A DNA stretch of 64,000 bases, taken from the NCBI GenBank assembly GCA_964202905.1, contig CAXNJO010000015.1, positions 20,434-84,433 of the forward strand, read 5' to 3'. The notes beneath the pieces are model-generated. The model searched no databases. It was given only the letters and a program-made list of their open reading frames with translations, and was not told where the DNA came from. Positions 37,939-47,412 of this stretch are shown here, in pieces. The position numbers and the translations under genes are program-made. The stretch comes from Polyangiales bacterium (lineage in GTDB: Bacteria > Myxococcota_A > Polyangia > Polyangiales > JADJQN01). The stretch's first letter is position 1; every line of letters begins with the position of its first letter.

Positions 37939-39222
37939 ATGCCCCTCCGCCGTATCCTGCACACCTCGGACTGGCACCTTGGCCAGCTCTTCCACGATCA
38001 CGACCGCACCTGGGAGCACCAGCAGTTCCTCGATTGGGTGATCGCCACGGTCGTCGCGAAGGAGATCGACGCGCTCCTCATCACGGGTGACATCTTCGAC
38101 ACGGCGAATCCGCCCGTCAGCGCGCAGCGCCAGTGGTTCAACCTCCTCGGGCAGCTCCTGCGCGCGCGGCCCGCGTGCACGGTCGTCGCCATCTCGGGCA
38201 ACCACGACTCCGCGCACCGCCTCGACGCGCCGGACGCGCTCTCCCGCGCGCTCGGCCTCCATGTGATCGGCTCGCCGCGCGACGTCGAGGGCCGCTTCGA
38301 CCCGGCGCGCCTCGTCGTCCCGCTCGGCCGCGAAGAGCATGGCGGTGTGTGGGGCTATGCGGCCGCGATGCCGTTTCTGCGCGCCGACGACCTCGGCACG
38401 CTCACGCAGCTCGCGGCCGACGGCGCCTTCGCCACGCTCTCGAAGGCCCGCTATCAAGCCACGTTCGACGAGCTCGCGCGGCGCGCCGGGCCCGGTCACG
38501 CGCGCGTCGCCCTCGCGCACGGCGTCATCCTCGGCAGCGAGCTCACGATCTCGGAGAGCGAGCGCGACGTGCGCATCGGCAACGCGGCCGGCCTGACGGT
38601 GGACGTCTTCCCCGAGGACCTCACCTACGTCGCGCTCGGCCATCTGCACCATGCGCAGCGCGCGGGCGGTCGCGAGAACGTGCGCTACGCGGGTTCGCCG
38701 CTGCCCCTCCACGTGAACGAGGCCCCCTATCCCCACCAAGCGGTGCTCGTCGAGGTGGAGGACGGACGCCTCCTGTCGCACGCGCCCTTGCGAATCCCTC
38801 AGCCCGTCGGCCTCGTTCGGGTGCCCGGCAAAGGCGCCGCGAACGATCCGGACTCCGTGCTCGCGGCGCTGCGTGCGCTCGCGCCGAGCGGCGTCACGGA
38901 CTCCGATCGGCAGCCCTTCATCGAGGTGCGGTATCGCCGCACCGAGCCGCGCCCGTCGTTCGGCAACGAGGTGCGCGCCGCGCTCGAGGGCAAGGGTCAT
39001 CGACTGACGACGGTGCGCGACGAGTCGCGCGACGACCCGGCCGCCGCGGCCAGCGACGGGTCCGACGCGCCGAAGCGGCTCGATGAGTTCGAACCCGAGG
39101 ACGTGTTCAAGGTGCTCTACCAGCGCGAATTTCCCCGCGGGAACGGGCCTTCCGAGGCGCTCCTCGCGGCGTTCAGCACGCTCGTCCGGGACCACCACGA
39201 GAAGCAGAAGGGGCGCGCGTGA
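37939..39222 (+). CDS. sbcD: SbcD/Mre11 nuclease
   Basis: HTSDWHLG, GDIFD, GNHDS, ALGHLH, YAGSP. Confidence 0.93.
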   Translation: MPLRRILHTSDWHLGQLFHDHDRTWEHQQFLDWVIATVVAKEIDALLITGDIFDTANPPVSAQRQWFNLLGQLLRARPACTVVAISGNHDSAHRLDAPDALSRALGLHVIGSPRDVEGRFDPARLVVPLGREEHGGVWGYAAAMPFLRADDLGTLTQLAADGAFATLSKARYQATFDELARRAGPGHARVALAHGVILGSELTISESERDVRIGNAAGLTVDVFPEDLTYVALGHLHHAQRAGGRENVRYAGSPLPLHVNEAPYPHQAVLVEVEDGRLLSHAPLRIPQPVGLVRVPGKGAANDPDSVLAALRALAPSGVTDSDRQPFIEVRYRRTEPRPSFGNEVRAALEGKGHRLTTVRDESRDDPAAAASDGSDAPKRLDEFEPEDVFKVLYQREFPRGNGPSEALLAAFSTLVRDHHEKQKGRA

Positions 39223-42200
39223 AGATCCTCTCCATTTCCTTGAAGAACCTCGCGAGTTTCGCCGGCGAGGCCACGCTCGACTTCCGCACGCCGCCGCTTT
39301 GCCACGCGGGTGTGTTCGCGATCATCGGCCCAACGGGGTCGGGCAAGTCGACGATTCTCGACGCGCTGTGTCTCGCGCTCTACGGGAACACGCCGCGCGC
39401 CAATGCCAGCAACCGCGCGAAGATCCTCGTCGAGGGCGACGAAGGCTGGACGGCGCAGGACCCGCGTCACCTCATGCGGCGCGGCGCGGACGAGGCGTTC
39501 GCGTCGGTCCTCTTCGAGGCGGAGTCGGTCGTCTACGAGGCCACCTGGCGCTGCCGGCGCGCGACGCGGGGCGCGCGCAACCTCAAGGACGCCGAGCTCG
39601 AGCTGCGGCGCGGCGGCGAGGTGATCGCCCTCGCGAAGAAGGGCGTCAACGAGAAGGTCGCCGAGCTGACCGGCCTCGACTTCGAGAGTTTCTGCCGGTC
39701 CGTGCTCCTGCCGCAGGGGCAATTCGAGCGCTTCCTGACCTGCGACTCGAAGGAGCGCTCGACGCTTCTCGAGGCGCTCACCGATCCCGCGGGCCTCTAC
39801 CGCGGCGTCTCGCTCCTCGCGCACGAGCGCGGCGGCGCGGCCAAAGAGCAGATCCAGAAGGCGGAAGAAGAGATGCGCCGCGTCGTCGTGCTCACCGACG
39901 CGGAGCGCGCCGAGCTCGACGCCCGTCTCGCGCAGCACGAGGCGGAGGCGACGCGCGCGCAGGAGGCGCACGCCGCCGCCACCGAGGCGCGAGCGCGGCA
40001 CGCCGCGATCGACGCCGCCGCGAAGAACCGCGCCGACAAGCGCGCGGACACCGAGTCCTGCGAGGCCGCGCGCGTCGCCGCGGAGCCCGAGCGACGCACG
40101 CTCGCGGACGCCCGCGCCGCACAGCCCCTCCGCGCGACCGGGAAGCGGCGCGACGAGACCGCGGCGCGCGCGCGGGAGGCCGAGGGCGAGCTCGCACGGC
40201 TCGTCGCCGCGCTCGCGCAGGCCCACGACGCACAGCGGGAGGCCGCCGCGAATCAGGTCGTTGCCGCACACACGAACAACGCCGAGCGCGCGGCGCTCGA
40301 CGCGCTCCGCCCCCAGCTCGAGAGGGCGCGGTCGCTCGACGCTGACGTGGCACGCACGGCCGCGGACCTCTCCACGGCCTCCGCATCGCGCGCATCGCTC
40401 GAGTGCGACGCGCGGCAGATCGAGGCCCGCGAGGCGCAGCGGACCGCAGGCGACGCGGCGCTGCGCGAGGCCCGCGCCGCGGTCGAGGCGTGGCTCTCCG
40501 CGCACCCCGAGGCCGCCGCGCTCGCCGCGCAGCGCGGCGTCTGGGAGGCGGCGCTCGACGACTACGCGCAGACGAACGACGCGCTCGCGAAGGCGCGCAC
40601 GCTGCGCGACGCGCTAACGGAAGCCACCGCGCGTCTCGCGGCCGACGCGGCGCGCGCGGAGGCTGCGCGGGCCGACGCCGAGCGTCTCGCGTCCGAGGCG
40701 AGGCAGGCGGCCGACGAAGCGACGCAGCGCGCCGACGCGCACCGTGCGGCCGACGCGCGCACGCAACGAGAGGCGATCGGCCAGCGAGAGGCGGGGCTCG
40801 ACACGTTGCGCGTGTCGCTCGATCGACGCCGCACGGACCGTCACGACAGCGCGACACGACGCGACGAGGCCAACGACGCTGAGGCGCAGCGCAGCGCGCA
40901 CGACGTCGCGCGCGCTGCGCTCGTCGCCGAGGTGGCGCGACTCGACGCGGCCCTCGAGGACGCGAACCGTGCGCACGCGCTCGCGCAGGCCCGCGCCTCG
41001 TTCGACGAGCACCGGCGCGCGCTCGTCGCGGGCGAGCCGTGCCTCGTCTGCGGAAGCACCGCGCATCCGTGGGCCGATCCGACCGCGCTCCCCGCCAGCG
41101 AGGCCGACGAGGGCGCGCGTCTCAAGGGCGAGCTGGGCGCCGCGCGGGAATCCCTCCGCCTCTGCGAGCGCGCGCTCGTCGAAGCGACGCAGCGCGCCAA
41201 GGGCGCCTCGGAGGAGGCCGCGCGCCTCGACGCGCGCCTCGCGGCGGCGCTCCCGGCGCTCGCAGCGGCGTGTGCGCAACTCGGCCTCGGGACCGACCCC
41301 GACACGGACACGCACGCCGCATCGGTCGACGCGCTCCGCGCGACGTTGACAGAGCAGCGCGTCGCGCTCGACGCCGCGACGCGCAGCGCAGACGACGCCG
41401 AGGCCGCGGAGCGCGCGGCCAAGGACCACCGCGACTCGCGCGCCGACGCGCTGCGCGCGGCCGCGCAGGGCGCCGCGCAAGCGACCCAGCGGCAGCACGA
41501 CGCGCATGCGAAGGCCGGGCTCGAGGCGGAGCGCATCGCGGACTTCGAGGTGCGGATTCGCCAGTGCGAGGCGCGCGCGGCCGACGCGCTCGCCGCGGTG
41601 CCCGGCGCCGTCGCGGCGTTCCGCGCCGACCCGCGCGACCGCCGCGAGGCGTGGTCTCAACTCGCCGACGCGTACGGCGTGCAGCAGGCGACGCACGCGC
41701 GGCTCGCGGACGAGGCCCGCGCGCTCGAGAGTGCCCGCGTCGAGCTCGACACGGCGCGCCAGGTGCTCGACGCCAGGCGCGCGCCCCTCGAGACCCAGAT
41801 TGCGGCGCTCGAAGCCCGTCGCGAGACGCTCGGCGCCGAGCGCGCCGCGCTCTTCGCCGGTCGGCGCGCCGACGACGTCGAGCGCGAGGCGAAGGCGCGC
41901 GTCGCCGCGTGCGAGGCGGCGCTCGCCGCCGCGACGCTGGCGGCAGCCCGGGCGCAGCACGACACGACCGTGCTCGGGGCCCGTCGCGACGAGCACGCCA
42001 AGCACCTCGGCGAGCACCGCGTCCAGGCCGAAGAAGCCTACGAAAAGCACGCCGGGACGCTGGCCGCGCTCGGTCTCGACGAGGACGAAGCCGCGCGTCG
42101 CCTCGCCCTCGGCGACGACGCACTCGCGGCGCTCCAGGCGACGCTCGAGCGGCTCGACAGCGACGCGACGGCCGCCGCCGCGCTCCTCGCCGAGGCCCAA

Positions 42201-42944
42201 AACGCCCTGAAATCGGCCGAATCGCGCCGACCAGCGGAATCTCCGGAGGCGCTCGACGCGGCGATCGCGGCGCACGCGGAGCGTCGCGACACGGTCCAAC
42301 AACGGCTCGGCGCAGACCGCCAACAGCGCACGCACGATGCCGCCCAACGCAGCCTGCGCGACGACAGGCAGCGCGAGCTCGACACGATTCGCGACCGCGA
42401 AGGGATCTGGGGCGAGCTCGCTTCGCTGATCGGCAGCAACGACGGCAGCTCGTTCGCGCTCTACGCGCAGTCGCTCGCCTTCGACTCGCTGCTCGCGTCG
42501 GCCAACGAGCAGCTCGCGCGGCTGCACCCGCGCTACGCGCTGCGCCGTCTCGAAGAGGCCGCCCCCGACACCGCCGCCAAGAAGACCCGGACGACCACGC
42601 TGCTCGACATGGTCGTGGTCGACCGCGAGCTCGCCGACGCCATGCGACCGGTGTCCACGTTGTCGGGCGGCGAGCGCTTCCTCGTCTCGCTCGCGCTCGC
42701 GCTCGGGCTCTCCACGCTCGCGAGCCAGCGACGCAAGCTCGCCTCGATGTTCATCGACGAGGGTTTCGGCACGCTCGACCCGGAGACGCTCGGCACGGCG
42801 CTCAGCGTCCTCGATGCGCTCCAGGCGCGCGGCACGCGCGTGGGCGTCATCAGCCATGTGAGCGAACTGAAGGAGCGTTTGCAGGCCCGCGTCGTCGTCC
42901 AGCGCCGCGGCGACGGCACGAGCACGCTGCGCGTGGAGGGGTGA
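39219..42944 (+). CDS. sbcC: SbcC/Rad50 SMC-like ATPase
   Basis: GPTGSGKS, LPQGQF, zinc hook CLVCG, LSGGE, FIDEGFG; long coiled coil. Confidence 0.93.
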   Translation: MKILSISLKNLASFAGEATLDFRTPPLCHAGVFAIIGPTGSGKSTILDALCLALYGNTPRANASNRAKILVEGDEGWTAQDPRHLMRRGADEAFASVLFEAESVVYEATWRCRRATRGARNLKDAELELRRGGEVIALAKKGVNEKVAELTGLDFESFCRSVLLPQGQFERFLTCDSKERSTLLEALTDPAGLYRGVSLLAHERGGAAKEQIQKAEEEMRRVVVLTDAERAELDARLAQHEAEATRAQEAHAAATEARARHAAIDAAAKNRADKRADTESCEAARVAAEPERRTLADARAAQPLRATGKRRDETAARAREAEGELARLVAALAQAHDAQREAAANQVVAAHTNNAERAALDALRPQLERARSLDADVARTAADLSTASASRASLECDARQIEAREAQRTAGDAALREARAAVEAWLSAHPEAAALAAQRGVWEAALDDYAQTNDALAKARTLRDALTEATARLAADAARAEAARADAERLASEARQAADEATQRADAHRAADARTQREAIGQREAGLDTLRVSLDRRRTDRHDSATRRDEANDAEAQRSAHDVARAALVAEVARLDAALEDANRAHALAQARASFDEHRRALVAGEPCLVCGSTAHPWADPTALPASEADEGARLKGELGAARESLRLCERALVEATQRAKGASEEAARLDARLAAALPALAAACAQLGLGTDPDTDTHAASVDALRATLTEQRVALDAATRSADDAEAAERAAKDHRDSRADALRAAAQGAAQATQRQHDAHAKAGLEAERIADFEVRIRQCEARAADALAAVPGAVAAFRADPRDRREAWSQLADAYGVQQATHARLADEARALESARVELDTARQVLDARRAPLETQIAALEARRETLGAERAALFAGRRADDVEREAKARVAACEAALAAATLAAARAQHDTTVLGARRDEHAKHLGEHRVQAEEAYEKHAGTLAALGLDEDEAARRLALGDDALAALQATLERLDSDATAAAALLAEAQNALKSAESRRPAESPEALDAAIAAHAERRDTVQQRLGADRQQRTHDAAQRSLRDDRQRELDTIRDREGIWGELASLIGSNDGSSFALYAQSLAFDSLLASANEQLARLHPRYALRRLEEAAPDTAAKKTRTTTLLDMVVVDRELADAMRPVSTLSGGERFLVSLALALGLSTLASQRRKLASMFIDEGFGTLDPETLGTALSVLDALQARGTRVGVISHVSELKERLQARVVVQRRGDGTSTLRVEG

Positions 42945-43073
42945 GCGGCGTCTACGCGTGAACCACGGATTCTCTGGAACCTTCCACAGGGGAATCGAGA
43001 ATCCCATTCATCACGACTTCCCACAAACCACGTTCGATGACAGCGAATGGCCCTTGTCAGCGACGCAATTGCC

Positions 43074-44048
43074 TCAATCCTCGCCGACGTACTCCGGATC
43101 GTCGTCGGCCATGCCGCACTCCATCTGGCAGTCCTCGAGGCGCGCCGCGCAGCGGGTGGTGACGCGCTGGCGCTGTACGTACAGACGCCCACCACCCGAG
43201 ACGATCACGCGCTGGCGATAGCCGGTGCAGACGTCTTCGAAGTTCAGGCACGCATCGATGCAGCGGTTCAGCTCCGCGCGGGCGCGGGCGCGCTCACGGA
43301 GGGCCTCGGGATCGGTGGCCAGGGCAGCGTCGGCCGCGTCACGCTCACGCTGTTCGCGGAGGCGGAGCGCGATGCCGTCCATCACGTCGCCGTGCCGCGC
43401 GATGAGCCGCTCGACGAGGTCTTCGGGCATCGGCCGGCGGCGATAGGCCGCCGAGAGCGTCTGTTCGAGCGTGCGACCGAGCTCGTCGAGCGGCGCGCCC
43501 GGCAGCTCCGCGAGCGCGTCCACGCGGCGCAGCGTCCCCTCGACCGCATCGGGCGACGTCGTGCGCGAGATGTCCTGTGTGAGCAGCGTGGCCTCGTGGC
43601 CGATCGCCACCGGCGTCTCCGCGGCCCCCGGATACCGCAGCGCGTACGCGTGGAGTTGGTCGGCGAGCGCACGACGCACCGCCGCGTCACGCCGCCCGCG
43701 CGACCGCGCCATGAGCCTGTCGAAGGCGCGCGTGGCCTCCCGTTGCGCCGCGAGCGCGATGGGCGGTTGCGGCCGCGGCGCGAGCGCGGGCTCGGCCGGC
43801 AGCGACTCCCCCTCCTCCGCCGCCTCGCGCAGACCCGGCGACAGCTCGCGCGGTTCCGATCCCTCCTCGAGCTCGACGTCCACCTCGTCCACCCACGTCG
43901 GGGCCACGGGCGGGCGCGGCCTGCGCTGCGCCGCCGCCTCGACGCCTACGCCGAGCACGAGCAGCGTCGCGACGAGCGCCGCACCGATCCAGCGATGCAG
44001 CGCCGCACGCGCGCTGCCACCCGCGACACGGCGCGAGCGCTGCCTCAT
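43074..44048 (-). CDS. Hypothetical secreted protein with Cys-rich C-terminus
   Basis: signal-like ALVATLLVLGVGVEAAA; six Cys in the last 60 aa; start approximate. Confidence 0.55.
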   Translation of the reverse strand: MRQRSRRVAGGSARAALHRWIGAALVATLLVLGVGVEAAAQRRPRPPVAPTWVDEVDVELEEGSEPRELSPGLREAAEEGESLPAEPALAPRPQPPIALAAQREATRAFDRLMARSRGRRDAAVRRALADQLHAYALRYPGAAETPVAIGHEATLLTQDISRTTSPDAVEGTLRRVDALAELPGAPLDELGRTLEQTLSAAYRRRPMPEDLVERLIARHGDVMDGIALRLREQRERDAADAALATDPEALRERARARAELNRCIDACLNFEDVCTGYRQRVIVSGGGRLYVQRQRVTTRCAARLEDCQMECGMADDDPEYVGED

Positions 44049-44858
44049 GCACGACACCCTCACCGAAGATTCCCTCGAACATGGATGGCCTGCGCGCCCC
44101 TGCATGAGCGGGATCGTGCGTCGCGCGTTCCGGCCGAGCAACCGCGAGGCGCGGAGGGCACTGCGACACGCGGAGCGCGCCGCGACCCCCTGCGCGATGG
44201 CGTCACCGCGCAGCGCGTGCGACGAAGGCGGGATGAGCCACGCCGTGTGCGTCCCCGAGGCGCCGTGAACGACGACGCCCGTCCGCCCGTCCGCGTCGAT
44301 CTCGCGCGCTGGGACGGTGCCGCGCCCCCCGCCCTCGCCGCGGGAGACGCGCTGCATCTCGACGTCCCAATGCCGTCGCACGGCAGCAGCGGGCACGCGT
44401 GGGATCTGCTCCACGACATCGCTTGCGCCGTGTGGCTGATCCGCGCGCTCGCCCCGCACGCGCGACTCGTCGACGCCGATCTCTCCGAGGGGCACGCGTC
44501 GCGGGTCCGCGCACCCTCTCGCTGCGATCCATCGATGACTGTCTTGGGACCCGGCCGTGCGTGCGCGTCGCCGCTCACGACCAGGCACACCGACGGGCTC
44601 GTGGTCCGAGCGACGACGCGCTCGCCACCGCGCGCAACCGCGAGCGTGCCCCCACCTCGACTGCGACGCCCGTGCCCTCGACGCTGACGTGCGCGGGCAG
44701 CGTGCGTGTGAACACATGACGACCCTACGGAGAAGAGGGCCTGCCGGCGTTGGTCGTGGCGTCCGCGCTCGAGGGCGTACATCGCGATGCGTGCGCGCGT
44801 ACAAGACGCCGGGATTCGCGGGCAGCGAAGCTGGTTCGTCACGTCAGGGCTGAGCGGC

Positions 44859-45415
44859 TCAGACGATCTCGATCGCGGTGACGCCGCAGGGCACGGGCTG
44901 CGCGACATCCCACGCTCGCAGCGACCACGACGCCATGACGCATCTATGGGCAGATGAGTCAATGTCTGCACGCGTGGATCGACCAGTCAGTGAACGCGGC
45001 ACACCGATGGGCCCGCGAGGGTGCGCTGCTTCTTCATCCAATCGATGCGCGCGCTCCCGGGGGAGAGCACCTCGCAGGCCCACTGCGGGACGTGCAGACA
45101 GGGGAAGCCGGACGGGCACTCGGGATGGAGGTCACGGCGATAGCCCTGCGCGTCGTGGCGAAAGACCTCACCCGTCTTCGCGTAGAGCGTGTCGACCTCG
45201 GTCATGACCCACCAGCCGCCGGGGCCGCGCGGCCCACCCGCATGGCGATTCAGCGGCCCGAGAGATGCGACGAGTTTGGCCTGGTCGAGGCCGTGGTCGG
45301 GCGTGGGATCCGCCTTGCGGATGATCTCGCCATCGACGAGCTCGAAGCGCTCGCCTTGCGCGATCTGTGGCAGGAACTCGTCGACGGTGATGCGTCTCGT
45401 GCTCCGCTCGCCCAT
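44859..45415 (-). pseudogene. Uma2/DUF820 endonuclease pseudogene
   Basis: RFELVDGEI, PQWACEVLSP; then frameshifts and H*LVDP (Trp to TGA at 44987). Confidence 0.8.
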
Positions 45416-45455
45416 GGGCGGGGGGTAGCGCCGCGACGCGTGGGATGCGACGACG

Positions 45456-45515
45456 CGCGCGATGCGAAGGCCCGCGCGATGCGAAGGCCCGCGAGATGCG
45501 AACCGCGCGATGAAG
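45456..45515. repeat. Degenerate 17-bp tandem repeat downstream of the tRNA
   Basis: cgcgcgatgcgaaggcc x2 plus two decayed units. Confidence 0.75.
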
Positions 45516-45579
45516 CGGCCGCCGTCGCGCTTCGGAGAGGGCCTCGACGCGGGTTGCGCAGGCCCTGCAGCAGAGGCGG

Positions 45580-45653
45580 CGCGCGATGCAGGATTCGAAC
45601 CTGCGACCTACGGCTCCGGAGGCCGTCGCTCTATCCAGCTGAGCTAATCGCGC
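45580..45653 (-). tRNA. tRNA-Arg (anticodon CCG), CCA not encoded
   Basis: GCGCGAT/ATCGCGC acceptor stem, D loop AGCTCAGCTGGATAGAGC, anticodon arm ACGGC-CTCCGGA-GCCGT, T loop GGTTCGAATCC. Confidence 0.96.
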
Positions 45654-47056
45654 GTGGGAGGCCGGGTGTATCGCACGACGCGCGCCGGGGCAAGGCCCGC
45701 GCGAGCACGGAGAGCGCGGCGCAGACGACGAGCGGGGCCCACGCGACGTTGCGGGCGCGCAGGGCCACGAGGACCGAGAGCGCGAGCGGGCCTCCCACGG
45801 CGAGCGCTGACGACCAGCGCGGGCAAGCGCCTGCCGCGACGCAGGGCGACGCCGAGGACGAACGCGAGCGCGACGAGGGTCGCCGACGCAGGGAGCGGAC
45901 GCAGGAGCGCCTCGGCGAGGGGCGCGGCGCGCGCGAGCAGCGACGTCTGCGCGAGCGGACGGAGGTCGGGGATCGGCCCCGCGATCGGCGAGCGCGCCGG
46001 GTCGATGCCGAGCCACGCCGCCCGGAGCGCGCCCGGCACGAGCGGCAGCGCCGGGAGACCCGCGCCGGCGACGAGCGAGAGCGCCTCGCGCATGCGGCCT
46101 GACGCGGCGTCCTGCGCCGCGCGCGCCCCGAGCACCAGCGCCGCGAAGAGCCCCGCGGGCAGGTCCGCCCACGTCGCGAGCGCGGCGGAGAGCGCGGCCG
46201 CGGCGGCCTCACGCGGCGTGAGTCGCCGGCCGTCCGCGTCGAGCACGACGACGACGAGCAGCACGACGGGCAGCGTCGCGAGCGCATAGGGCCGGGCGAG
46301 CGCGGCGGCCTCGCGCGCCCCGGGCGCGAGCGCGGCGAACAGCGCGGCAGCGAGCGGCGCAGCCCCCCACCACGCGGGCCGCACGGTGCGCGCGAGACGC
46401 TGCGCGCAGAGCCCTGCGACCAGCGCGAGGGCGAGCGTGCCAAACAGCGCGGAGGGCGCCCGCAGCAGGCCGCGCGACGCGCCCGGCGCCCAGCCCGCGA
46501 GCGCGCACCACCCCTCGAAGAGCGCCCTGCCGAGCGGCGGATGCACGAGCGCGTCGTGGCTGTCGTCGAACAGCGACGCGCGCGTCGGATAGGCCCAGGG
46601 TTCGTCGATGTCCCACGGCCCGCGCACGGCGTCGCGCACGCGCAGCGCAGCGCCCGCGACGAGCGCCGCGAGCACGCCGAGCCGCGCGGCGCGCGCGATG
46701 CGAGACGTCGGGGCGGCGGCGTCCGCGTCGCGCAGCGGCTTTTCTTGCAACGAACATGCAGTGGTATCGCAGATGCATTCGCGTGCGCGCGCATGCACCC
46801 ACGCGGCGACGCCTGCGAGGGCGAGCGCGCCGAGCCACGCCGCGAGCGTGAGCGTCTGCGGCGCGAGCCCGAGCGCGGCGGCACCCGGCCCGACGACCCC
46901 CGCGGCATCGCCGCAGAACGTGCGCGGATCCACGGCGACGCGCGCGCCCGCGAGCGCCAGCGCGGCGACCAGCGCGATCAGCGTGACCGCGACGGCGGAC
47001 GACACCCCGTCGCGGCGAGCCCGCGGCGCGACGGGGTCGCGCGGTGCCGTGCTCAC
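45644..47056 (-). CDS. Polytopic membrane protein, GT-C (ArnT/PMT-like) glycosyltransferase-like; 3' end uncertain
   Basis: DIDEP, HPPL, RPYAL motifs; ORF end overlaps the tRNA by 10 bp, so a frameshift is likely. Confidence 0.55.
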   Translation of the reverse strand: MSTAPRDPVAPRARRDGVSSAVAVTLIALVAALALAGARVAVDPRTFCGDAAGVVGPGAAALGLAPQTLTLAAWLGALALAGVAAWVHARARECICDTTACSLQEKPLRDADAAAPTSRIARAARLGVLAALVAGAALRVRDAVRGPWDIDEPWAYPTRASLFDDSHDALVHPPLGRALFEGWCALAGWAPGASRGLLRAPSALFGTLALALVAGLCAQRLARTVRPAWWGAAPLAAALFAALAPGAREAAALARPYALATLPVVLLVVVVLDADGRRLTPREAAAAALSAALATWADLPAGLFAALVLGARAAQDAASGRMREALSLVAGAGLPALPLVPGALRAAWLGIDPARSPIAGPIPDLRPLAQTSLLARAAPLAEALLRPLPASATLVALAFVLGVALRRGRRLPALVVSARRGRPARALGPRGPARPQRRVGPARRLRRALRARAGLAPARVVRYTRPPTRD

Positions 47057-47412
47057 CCGCGCTTGCGGAGCGCGAGCGCGGCGTCGCGCTCACCGGGGTG
47101 CTCGTCGAGGAAGGCTTGGAAGCTCTCGTCCGTGATCTCGACGTCGACGTCGCCCTGCACGCGCGCCTGGCAGCCGAGGCGGCTCGTCGCGCGGACGTCG
47201 AAGGCCTTGTCGAGGATGTCGAACTCCTCGTCCTCGATCTCGCCCGCGTGGTCGAAGCCGCGCGTCACGTAGACGTGGCACGTCGAGCACGCGCACACGC
47301 CGCCGCAGCGATCGCCCTGCGGCGCGCCGACGGCCTTCGCCGCCTGCAGGATCGTGGTGCCCGCGGGGACGTCGATCTCCATATTTTCCTTGAGAAAACG
47401 TACGCGCGGCAT
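47053..47412 (-). CDS. fdx: ISC 2Fe-2S ferredoxin
   Basis: CGGVCACSTCH, SRLGCQ. Confidence 0.93.
   Translation of the reverse strand: MPRVRFLKENMEIDVPAGTTILQAAKAVGAPQGDRCGGVCACSTCHVYVTRGFDHAGEIEDEEFDILDKAFDVRATSRLGCQARVQGDVDVEITDESFQAFLDEHPGERDAALALRKRG

Noticed and set aside
44049..44858. Possible genes between the secreted protein and the Uma2 pseudogene
   Set aside because: Only fragmentary frames with no recognisable motif
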